A stretch of 64,000 nt of DNA from positions 114,436 through 178,435 of the forward strand of contig JBEIQD010000002.1 in the NCBI GenBank assembly GCA_040376695.1, in the 5' to 3' direction. This document shows positions 38,492 to 46,323 of the stretch, one piece after another. This DNA comes from Candidatus Nomurabacteria bacterium (GTDB lineage Bacteria; Patescibacteriota; Minisyncoccia; Phycocordibacterales; UBA5272). Under the pieces are notes generated by a model. That model did no database searches. It had not been told where the DNA came from and saw only the letters and a list, made by a program, of their open reading frames with translations. Position numbers and translations under genes: made by a program. Positions within the stretch are counted from its first letter, which is position 1; each line of letters begins with the position of its first letter.

Positions 38492-38962
38492 TTACCAGTT
38501 ATCATTTCCTCTGTCACTTTTGTTGTCTTCTTCATCGTCCTCCTCTTCAAACTCTTCATCATTTGAAATGACAGGGCCATGAACCTTATCAAGATATCTC
38601 TGAAGCACAATTGCAGCAGCCTGATCATCTACTTCTCGGGTTGCCTCGTTTCCTGGCTGCTTTCGAGCCTCCACTGTTGAATACCATTCTTTTTCATACG
38701 CGATAATAACGTCAGCAGCAGATTCCAATTTAGCACCAAAAGCACGCGCTTCCTTCGCCACAGGATTTGGCTTTCCTTTTTGATCAACACTTTCCCCGAT
38801 AACAATTGTTCCGAATTTCATTTCGCGAATAAGCTCCATCGTATCCTTAAAGAGTTGAGCGTCGTTTGGAGAAATCATAAGAGGAAAAGCTAGACGCCCC
38901 TCATCGTCTGATTGCGCAAAGCCAACCTTCTTCGTACCAAAATCAATTCCTAAATATTTCAT
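38492..38962 (-). CDS. ruvX: RuvX/YqgF family nuclease
   Basis: LGIDFGTKKVG, E.YST.EA, D..AAAIVLQ.YLD. Confidence 0.9.
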   Translation of the reverse strand: MKYLGIDFGTKKVGFAQSDDEGRLAFPLMISPNDAQLFKDTMELIREMKFGTIVIGESVDQKGKPNPVAKEARAFGAKLESAADVIIAYEKEWYSTVEARKQPGNEATREVDDQAAAIVLQRYLDKVHGPVISNDEEFEEEDDEEDNKSDRGNDNW

Positions 38963-38985
38963 GCTCTATAGTATATCAACTAGTT

Positions 38986-39246
38986 TTATTTCTTTCCCCA
39001 TCTCCAACTTGGTTTCTCACCTTTTTTGTAAGAAATTACGATAAGTAAAATCGTAACTCCCGCCATCAGAAAATGGTAATACAGTGGCGCTCCAGAACCG
39101 CCGCCGTCTAATGCTTTGTCCACCGTTGACCTGACATAGATAAATACAGAAAAAAGATATAACACTATCACTAACCACCCTTCCCATGAGCTCGGTGTCC
39201 ATCCCCATCCATACGTTTTTGCCTTAAACCAAAGTTTCTTTTCCAT
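38986..39246 (-). CDS. Small two-TM membrane protein
   Basis: WFKAKTYGWGWTPSSWEGW...GEKPSWRWG; start after a TATACT box. Confidence 0.75.
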   Translation of the reverse strand: MEKKLWFKAKTYGWGWTPSSWEGWLVIVLYLFSVFIYVRSTVDKALDGGGSGAPLYYHFLMAGVTILLIVISYKKGEKPSWRWGKK

Positions 39247-39317
39247 ATACCCTAAGTATACAGTAGATATTTCAAAAAAAGGCAAACCATGATAGAGTAG
39301 TACAACAATCGAAAGTT

Positions 39318-39404
39318 GGAGGAGTGGCAGAGTGGTCGATTGCACCTGTCTTGAAAACAGGAGTCTGGGCAACCGGACCGTGAGTTCGAATCTCACCTCC
39401 TCCG
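39318..39404 (+). tRNA. tRNA-Ser(UGA)
   Basis: GGAGGAG...CCTGT-CTTGAAA-ACAGG, long variable arm; CCA not encoded. Confidence 0.95.
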
Positions 39405-39499
39405 CAGTAAAGAAAAGACCGAAAGCTAAAGCTTTCGGTCTTTTCTTTGTCACAGTATTCTGATGTAAACCGTTATACTTACTATAACCCCACAACACT

Positions 39500-40444
39500 A
39501 TGACACTATTCAAAAAAACCGCCATTTTATTTAGCTTAGGAGCACTTGCCGTCTCTTCAGTAGCTTTTGCTTTTGAACCAAAAGAAACCGCTCGTTATTT
39601 TAACGGCCCAACAGTTTCTGGAGAAACTTCAACAAGCGCTACGTTCTCACTCTCATCTTCAGTGCTTGCTGGAATGACAAGCGAAGAAAAAGCGCGTGTA
39701 TATTTTGAATACATAGAAAAAGATCTCATGTGTATTGCTATTTACCCTACCCCGGCAGCATGTCTTCCAAAGAAGACAGAAGTTGGTAAAACACCAGTGG
39801 AAATAAAAGATCTCAAGCCGAATACAACATACACAGTTAAATACAAGGCGGACAATACCATTATGTGTATCACCGCACCGTGCCCAGGTAATGAATTTGA
39901 AAGCCTAACCACAGAATTTAAAACTCAGACAACAGTAACCCCTCCACCGCAAACAGTGATTACGAAAAACCTCTTCATAGGTAGTCGAGGTGTACAAGTA
40001 ACGCTTCTCCAGGAATTTCTTATTAGCAAAGGATACATGCGTGGAACAGCAACAGGTTATTTCGGTTTCGTAACATTCCAGTCAGTACGTGAATTCCAAA
40101 AAGCACACATTGTTCCTTCAACAGGTTTCGTAGGAGTACTCACACGAAAAGCAATTGCGGATTACAATTCTGACGCCTCAGTCGGAGCAGAAAAATTTGA
40201 AGGCACAATTACTGCATACTCAACACAGTGTTTCGTAGATGGTGAATGTAGTATCACCGTGGACGGAAAGAAAATTGTAACAACAACTGGGTGGTCACAG
40301 ATGACAGTTGGGACAGTAACAGGGATTCCTGATTTTGGATCTATTGCTGATAAGGTTGGATCACGCGTCAAAGTGTACGCGAAAAAGACTGCTACAGGAT
40401 ACACACTCTACGGAAGTACAGACTATTACGTACAAGTACAATAA
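39500..40444 (+). CDS. Secreted protein with Fn3-like and peptidoglycan-binding domains
   Basis: Signal peptide; LKPNTTY; GSRG.QV..LQ.FL...GYFG..T...V..FQ...TGFVG..TR. Confidence 0.85.
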   Translation: MTLFKKTAILFSLGALAVSSVAFAFEPKETARYFNGPTVSGETSTSATFSLSSSVLAGMTSEEKARVYFEYIEKDLMCIAIYPTPAACLPKKTEVGKTPVEIKDLKPNTTYTVKYKADNTIMCITAPCPGNEFESLTTEFKTQTTVTPPPQTVITKNLFIGSRGVQVTLLQEFLISKGYMRGTATGYFGFVTFQSVREFQKAHIVPSTGFVGVLTRKAIADYNSDASVGAEKFEGTITAYSTQCFVDGECSITVDGKKIVTTTGWSQMTVGTVTGIPDFGSIADKVGSRVKVYAKKTATGYTLYGSTDYYVQVQ

Positions 40445-40528
40445 ATTCGTAAGAATACTCACTCTTGTATCGTCATCAATAGAGCGAGCCTCATTGGCCG
40501 TTTTATACGCCCTTAAATAAACAACCAT

Positions 40529-40807
40529 ATGACAACAAAAACAGACTTCGAAACAAAGTTCGCTGAAACAGGAAGAAACATCGATGAAATGATCCTAGAT
40601 ACTCGTGAAAACTATCGAGAAGAGCGTCAGGAGCTACGTAACAAGTGGGACAAACTTGAAGCAAGGCGTACTGAGCTTGCGGATCAAGGCGACGACAAGT
40701 GGGAAGAGGTAAAAACAGAATTTGAGGAAGGTTGGGAGGAAGTAAAAAATTCGTATGAAGATTTGAAAGAAAAACTTTCAGAGAATCACGAAGGGCATAA
40801 TCATTAA
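40529..40807 (+). CDS. Small acidic coiled-coil protein
   Basis: Helical, with KWEEVK.EFEEGWEE pattern; terminator follows. Confidence 0.7.
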   Translation: MTTKTDFETKFAETGRNIDEMILDTRENYREERQELRNKWDKLEARRTELADQGDDKWEEVKTEFEEGWEEVKNSYEDLKEKLSENHEGHNH

Positions 40808-40980
40808 ATAACAAAAGCACCCGAGGGGGTGCTTTTGTTTTGAAGGTGCAGAATACCTGTCACAAGTCGCACCGCTTTCTGGGTAGATTAAGAGTTTTTA
40901 TGGGTGATTGGGAGAAGAAAGAATTATATAAAATAAAAACCGCCGACAAGCAGCGGAATCTACTTGTCGGCGGATGATGG

Positions 40981-41355
40981 TTAGACCTTGAACCGGATGA
41001 TTATGGACATCTCGGTACGGACACCTTTGCGGCCAAGTGCTTTCTCCCCGGCCTTGTCCCATAGCGTCCAGTTCTCCGTCTTGATGGTGACGTAGACCTG
41101 ATCCACTTTGCGCTCCACGGCCAACACCTTGCATGACTCCACGATGGCGAACGGGTTGATGAGGGTTCCGCAGCCTTTCGCGGCGTACTTGGCTTCGTCA
41201 GGAACACAACCTACAGCCCTGATTGTGCAGGAATAAACGATGCCTTCCGACATCAGATCGCCGGCATGGTATTCGAGGCGTTCGAAGAAGCCATTCTGGC
41301 GAACATGATCGAAAGCCGCTAAGAACTCCGGAGCTTTCGCAAACGGATCATTCAT
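40981..41355 (-). CDS. Hypothetical protein (SD-led, GC-rich class)
   Basis: SD AGGAG before MNDPF; consensus promoter upstream; hairpin at about 40938-40972. Confidence 0.7.
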   Translation of the reverse strand: MNDPFAKAPEFLAAFDHVRQNGFFERLEYHAGDLMSEGIVYSCTIRAVGCVPDEAKYAAKGCGTLINPFAIVESCKVLAVERKVDQVYVTIKTENWTLWDKAGEKALGRKGVRTEMSIIIRFKV

Positions 41356-41385
41356 AAGATCTCCTAAGTTGAAATGAACCATACC

Positions 41386-41414
41386 ATTATATCACAATAT
41401 AATCTTTTTGTCAA
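41386..41414 (-). promoter_or_regulatory. Perfect sigma70 consensus promoter
   Basis: TTGACA-N17-TATAAT. Confidence 0.8.
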
Positions 41415-41419
41415 TATTA

Positions 41420-41563
41420 CTTCGGCAGGAATCACCTCTCACTTTGCTAAGCTCGAAACCTTCACTCGCTCTTCGCGAGTTGCGGCCCGCGGTTCGATTC
41501 CTGTTGAGGGCAGATACCGACGAATAGAAAATAACCACCTCATCGGTGGTTATTTTCTATTCG
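41420..41563 (+). other. tRNA-mirror structured element plus bidirectional hairpin
   Basis: Inverted near-copy of the tRNA-Arg T-arm/acceptor (41491-41512) pairs with 41420-41433; 19-bp hairpin at 41521-41563. Confidence 0.6.
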
Positions 41564-41566
41564 TTG

Positions 41567-41638
41567 TGCCCTCGGCAGGAATCGAACCTGCATCGCAAGT
41601 ACCGCAAACTTGAATTCTATCCATTGAACTACGAGAGC
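41567..41638 (-). tRNA. tRNA-Arg(GCG)
   Basis: GCTCTCG...CAAGT-TTGCGGT-ACTTG...GGTTCGATTCC; CCA not encoded. Confidence 0.93.
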
Positions 41639-41668
41639 ATGTACCGGATAGATCCGGTTGCACTAAGA

Positions 41669-41935
41669 CTATTTAGAAATCTTAGCGACTGCGCGTGCTA
41701 GACGTGCTTTCTTGCGATCAGCTGTTCCTTTCTTGATAACACCTTTTTTAGCAGCCTTATCAAGTGCCTTATATGCAAGAGAAAGAGAAGACGTAATAGC
41801 CTTTTCTCCCTTTGCGACGATGTCCTTACGAACATCTTTCACAGCTTCTTTCATTGTACGTCGGCGGCGGTCATTAACGACTCGCTTTCTGATGCTTACA
41901 CGATTTGCCTTCTTTGCGTTTTTTGTAATTGCCAT
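41669..41935 (-). CDS. rpsT: 30S ribosomal protein S20
   Basis: AKKA.R, LDKAAKKGVIKK..A.RKK.RL. Confidence 0.96.
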   Translation of the reverse strand: MAITKNAKKANRVSIRKRVVNDRRRRTMKEAVKDVRKDIVAKGEKAITSSLSLAYKALDKAAKKGVIKKGTADRKKARLARAVAKISK

Positions 41936-42018
41936 ATCTTTATTGAGTAGGACAACTATACCACAAAGTCAATGATTTTTCAAGGATTCAAAGATTCCCT
42001 GCGTGGTATACTTTTCCC

Positions 42019-42579
42019 ATGATTGGCTATCTTAGCGGTGTTGTTCACAAAGTATCTGAAAAAGACATGATTCTTCTCGTTGGAGGAGTTGGGTACAAGC
42101 TCCTAGCCCCTCTCCCTGTTCTGCTGGCTCACAGCGCAGGCACAGAAACATCTCTCTATATACATACCCATGTACGCGAAGATCAGATTAGTTTATACGG
42201 ATTTGAGCAAGATATAGAACTTGAGCTTTTTGAAAGACTTATCAATGTTTCTGGCATTGGCCCAAAGTCAGCACTTGCCATGCTTTCGGTGCACTCACCA
42301 GCATCCGTAGCGGAGGCTGTTGAACGAGGAGACGCTGCAGTACTTTCTCACACTCCAGGCATTGGAAAGAAAACAGCTGAAAAAATTATTATAGAACTCA
42401 AAGGTAAACTTGCTCATCTTCAAGGTGTTGGGAAAACTGATTCGTTCTTTGAGGTACGCCTTGCGCTTGAAGCTCTGGGTTACTCTCCAAAAGAAGTACA
42501 CGATGTTCTTCAAAAATTAAACCCACTTGAGACAAACACAAGCACTCTCATTAAAGAGGCTCTTAGTAAGATAAAATAA
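42019..42579 (+). CDS. ruvA: Holliday junction DNA-binding protein RuvA
   Basis: MIGYLSG, GGVGY, VRED..LYGF, VSGIGPK, PGIGKKTAEKII. Confidence 0.96.
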   Translation: MIGYLSGVVHKVSEKDMILLVGGVGYKLLAPLPVLLAHSAGTETSLYIHTHVREDQISLYGFEQDIELELFERLINVSGIGPKSALAMLSVHSPASVAEAVERGDAAVLSHTPGIGKKTAEKIIIELKGKLAHLQGVGKTDSFFEVRLALEALGYSPKEVHDVLQKLNPLETNTSTLIKEALSKIK

Positions 42580-42583
42580 ACGT

Positions 42584-43852
42584 ATGGAAAAAATACTTCG
42601 CACAATAGAAAAACTTGTTCCTAAAAAAGTCTACCGCTTTTTCCAGCCTGCGTACCATTTCCTCCTTTCTGTAATCGGTATCATTATCTATCGTCATCCA
42701 TCACGACACATCTATGTCATCGGAATAACAGGAACAAAAGGAAAATCTTCTACGACTGAATTTGTGAACGCTGTTCTTGAAGCCGCAGGAAAGAAAACTG
42801 CCGTACTTTCAACTATTCGTTTTAAAGTAGGAGATAACTCACGTCCGAATAAATATAAGATGACGATGCCAGGAAGATTTTTTACACAAAAATTCTTGCG
42901 TGATGCAGTAACTGCTGGATGTGAATATGCTGTTATTGAAATGACATCAGAAGGCGCTCGTTTCTACCGCCACTTAGGTGTTGAACTTGATGCACTCATC
43001 TTTACCAACCTCTCCCCTGAACACATCGAGAGTCACGGTTCATTTGCAAACTACAAGCGCGCTAAATTAAAACTGGCACAACGCCTCGCCAAGAGTAATA
43101 AACCGGTTCGTCTTTCAATTGCTAATACTGATAATGAGCATGCTCCTTCGTTTCTTATTTTCCCTGTTGAAAAAAACATTGGGTACTCATTGGATCATGT
43201 ACACATCCTTAATGAAACTTCTACCTCAAGCACGATTAGATGGAACACTGCGGAAATCACTATCCCTCTCCCTGGAAAATTTAATATTTCAAACGCTCTC
43301 GCTGCACTCACTCTAGCAAACGAAGTTGGTATTTCAATTACTGACGCAAAGAAAGGAATAGAAAATCTTTCCCTTATTCGTGGAAGAGTAGAACGAATAG
43401 AAGCGGGGCAAGATTTTTCCGTGATTGTAGATTACGCTCACACCGATGACAGTCTTCGCAAACTCTATGAAACATTTCCATCATCAAGGAAAATCGCTGT
43501 GCTTGGCGCAACAGGTGGTGGACGAGATTCTTGGAAGCGCCCTGTACTTGGAACTATTGCGGATGAATGTTGTGATGAAATTATTATCACTAACGAAGAT
43601 CCATACGATGAAGACCCAACAAAGATTATTAATGAAGTTGCTGGTGGTGTGAAAAATCATACACCAATTATTATCCTTGATCGCCGTGAAGCAATTGCTC
43701 ACGCTATCTCTCTTGCAAAAACTGGTGATACTGTTTTAATAACCGGCAAAGGAACTGATCCATATATCATGGGACCAGACGGTACAAAAATTGTGTGGGA
43801 CGATGCAACGGTTGCAAAAGAGGAGCTTGAAAAACTACTCAAGAAAGCATAG
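42584..43852 (+). CDS. murE: Mur ligase (MurE-like)
   Basis: GITGTKGKSST, FTNLSPEH, VDYAHT, GGRD..KR, NEDP, GKG. Confidence 0.85.
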   Translation: MEKILRTIEKLVPKKVYRFFQPAYHFLLSVIGIIIYRHPSRHIYVIGITGTKGKSSTTEFVNAVLEAAGKKTAVLSTIRFKVGDNSRPNKYKMTMPGRFFTQKFLRDAVTAGCEYAVIEMTSEGARFYRHLGVELDALIFTNLSPEHIESHGSFANYKRAKLKLAQRLAKSNKPVRLSIANTDNEHAPSFLIFPVEKNIGYSLDHVHILNETSTSSTIRWNTAEITIPLPGKFNISNALAALTLANEVGISITDAKKGIENLSLIRGRVERIEAGQDFSVIVDYAHTDDSLRKLYETFPSSRKIAVLGATGGGRDSWKRPVLGTIADECCDEIIITNEDPYDEDPTKIINEVAGGVKNHTPIIILDRREAIAHAISLAKTGDTVLITGKGTDPYIMGPDGTKIVWDDATVAKEELEKLLKKA

Positions 43853-43861
43853 GCTCTACCT

Positions 43862-44782
43862 ATGCCCGAGCTTCCAGAAGTACACACAACCGTAACAGGA
43901 CTCCAAAGCGTCTTACCAGAATTATCCATTACAGATGTTTGGACAGATATGTGGAGTGCTGCTCGCCTTTCTAAAAACACGATTAAGGATCGTAGCTATT
44001 TCCCGTACTTCAAAAAGTACGCGCTCAACACACCGGTGAAACAGATTCGTCGTCGAGCAAAACATATTCTTATTGATTTCGAGAATGGCTTCACAATGAT
44101 TATTCATATGAAGATGACGGGGCATTTAATGTACGGAACATACAAACAAAATAAGAACTATGATGGGCGTCAGTGGCCATGGATTCCCGTAGATAAAGAT
44201 TCCCCGCTTAATGATCCATACAACCGCCACATCCATGTTGTGTTCACTTTATCTAATGGTTACCAACTCGCATTTTGTGATTCAAGAAAATTTGGAACCA
44301 TTGTTATAGAAAAAACTGACACGTTACACATAGATCGATTAGCACATCTCGGCCCTGAGCCTCTTGAAACGTCATTCACACTGAACAACTTCAAAGAACG
44401 CTTAATGAAATCCCCTGCTCGAGCAATTAAAACAGTGCTTATGGATCAGTCCATCATTGCAGGAATTGGAAATATTTATTCTGATGAAATGCTTCATCGT
44501 GCACATGTCCTACCAACACGTACAGCTAAGAGTCTTTCCCCTTCAGAGGACAGGTTGTTATTTACATCCATGAAAGCAGTTCTTTCAAAAGGAATAGATT
44601 TTGGCGGAGACAGCACAAGTGACTATAGAAACATTAAAGGTGAACGCGGAGCATTTCACGAGAACCATCAAGTTTACTTACGAACAAAAGAAAAATGCCT
44701 CACAAAAAATTGTAAAGGCATTATTGAAAAACAAACCATCGGTGGGCGTAGCGCTCACTTCTGTCGAGTGTGTCAGAAATAA
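43862..44782 (+). CDS. mutM: Formamidopyrimidine-DNA glycosylase
   Basis: N-terminal PELPEV, H2TH GIGNIY, C-terminal zinc finger ending CQ. Confidence 0.96.
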   Translation: MPELPEVHTTVTGLQSVLPELSITDVWTDMWSAARLSKNTIKDRSYFPYFKKYALNTPVKQIRRRAKHILIDFENGFTMIIHMKMTGHLMYGTYKQNKNYDGRQWPWIPVDKDSPLNDPYNRHIHVVFTLSNGYQLAFCDSRKFGTIVIEKTDTLHIDRLAHLGPEPLETSFTLNNFKERLMKSPARAIKTVLMDQSIIAGIGNIYSDEMLHRAHVLPTRTAKSLSPSEDRLLFTSMKAVLSKGIDFGGDSTSDYRNIKGERGAFHENHQVYLRTKEKCLTKNCKGIIEKQTIGGRSAHFCRVCQK

Positions 44783-44791
44783 ATAACAGAT

Positions 44792-45307
44792 TCACACGAA
44801 GAAGCAGTCGTCCAAACCTTCCTCTTTGAGAGGTTTACCTGTGTGCTGTTGTCCGACCACGCTGCAGTAATAGCCTCTTTCTGCTTGAGGCAGCAGATCC
44901 TTTTCTGGATCCCAGTACACAGGAATCCTTTGCGTAATGAGTCTTGGTGTAAGATTAGCAGGATGAATACCGTGCTTACCGTAAAACACCCACCTTTCTT
45001 CAATTCCTTTCTTTGGTCTACAGTTTCGTTTCAAATAATCAAAAGCAAAGGCAGAAGAAAGGGAGTGCTCACCCCAAGAGCGTGCGGTCATCCCCACCTC
45101 AACACCACAATCGTGTGCTGGCGAGTTCATCAAGCGAGACCTCACCACCACAGCCTTTTTTAATTTGTCCCAGGAAAGCACCATGCCGTAGCCCACATAC
45201 CAGTGCCTGAAATAGAAAATCCAAGAAAAAACAGCGATAGTCACACAGGCCATCACGATGAAAAGGGCGAGTTGGTACGAATCGTTAAAGTTGTAAAAAG
45301 AACCCAT
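44792..45307 (-). CDS. Membrane-anchored protein with degenerate PDZ-like segment (SD-led class)
   Basis: TM, then YVGYGM...VVV....NSPAHDCGVEVG; SD AAGGAG; TTGCAT-N17-TAGTGT. Confidence 0.65.
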   Translation of the reverse strand: MGSFYNFNDSYQLALFIVMACVTIAVFSWIFYFRHWYVGYGMVLSWDKLKKAVVVRSRLMNSPAHDCGVEVGMTARSWGEHSLSSAFAFDYLKRNCRPKKGIEERWVFYGKHGIHPANLTPRLITQRIPVYWDPEKDLLPQAERGYYCSVVGQQHTGKPLKEEGLDDCFFV

Positions 45308-45385
45308 GAGAAACTCCTTGTAATTGGTTTACCTAAACACTACTCCACATTCTGCCAATATGCAAAAAGCTGTATACTCATAGAC

Positions 45386-45529
45386 ATGGGAACACTTCTT
45401 AAAATATTCGTAGGGTTCTGGGTCATCTGGATTATCTGGTACATCACGGGCGGACCTCTTCGTGATGACAAAACAAAACCTTTTGTACGGTTTAACGAAA
45501 CAGGACAAATAGAAACAGTTGGGAGATAA
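45386..45529 (+). CDS. Small membrane protein, 47 aa
   Basis: TATACT 7 nt before MGTLLK; one TM; WYITGGP. Confidence 0.6.
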   Translation: MGTLLKIFVGFWVIWIIWYITGGPLRDDKTKPFVRFNETGQIETVGR

Positions 45530-45571
45530 AAATAAACACCTCGTATAATGCGAGGTGTTTATTTTTATCTG

Positions 45572-45644
45572 TGCCCCCAGAAGGGATCGAACCTTCGACC
45601 GTCTGCTTAAAAGGCAGCTGCTCTACCGACTGAGCTATAGGGAC
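45572..45644 (-). tRNA. tRNA-Lys(UUU)
   Basis: GTCCCTA...CTGC-CTTTTAA-GCAG...GGTTCGATCC; CCA not encoded. Confidence 0.95.
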
Positions 45645-45688
45645 ATTGGTTGCTCTATCCTAGCAAAAATATGGGAATACTTCAAAGT

Positions 45689-46318
45689 CTAGATTGAAAG
45701 GATAATACTTTCCAGTTCCACTTTCAAATCCCTCTCCCCTCGGTGAGCCAAGATACTCGCTCGTAAAATCCTCCCTCCGAAGACTTCACATTCCTCTACT
45801 GTAAACTTTCCTGGGCGACCAGAACGAATATCTAACCACACAGTTCCGAACTTCCACTGAAGTGCACCAGCAATTGCTTCTGGAGATTCTACGTCTCGTA
45901 ATTTCATCCACTCAATCCATACCGCCTTCTTATCACGCCGAGCAAATGCCGTTGCTAAAGCAAACGGAGTTACCTCAACACCTTTTTCCTCTCGTGCGTC
46001 GTATATCGTATTGGCATACTTCTCTATTTTTTTCATTCTATTGGCATCTGCAAACGGTTCATCAATAACAAAAATATTTTGTGACTCTTTCATTGAAGGG
46101 AGTAAGTCGTACACATGTTCTCGAGCATCTGCTTTTTCTAACACCTGAATAAGATGAGCAATAACGGTATCACCAAATAAGCTTGTTGCTTCAACAAGTG
46201 GCGCTAATTGATATATCTGTTCTGCATAAATATGCGCCGAAGGAGTTCCAAGCTTTGCTATCTGCACTAAGGCCTTTTCTCTTTTTTTTGCATCCGTACC
46301 AATGAGAGCGTATATCAT
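45689..46318 (-). CDS. holA: Short DNA polymerase III delta-like subunit
   Basis: MIYALIG, SLFG, FALA.A...RD, E.I.G.L.W; downstream of polA. Confidence 0.6.
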   Translation of the reverse strand: MIYALIGTDAKKREKALVQIAKLGTPSAHIYAEQIYQLAPLVEATSLFGDTVIAHLIQVLEKADAREHVYDLLPSMKESQNIFVIDEPFADANRMKKIEKYANTIYDAREEKGVEVTPFALATAFARRDKKAVWIEWMKLRDVESPEAIAGALQWKFGTVWLDIRSGRPGKFTVEECEVFGGRILRASILAHRGERDLKVELESIILSI

Positions 46319-46323
46319 AGTTC

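Noticed and set aside
39247-39525. N-terminal extension of the 38986..39525 ORF
   Set aside because: Overlaps tRNA-Ser and its terminator; the real start is likely 39246.
41374-41613. 79-aa plus-strand ORF ending in a tRNA-antisense peptide
   Set aside because: Overlaps a promoter, hairpins and tRNA-Arg; no recombinase remnant recognisable.
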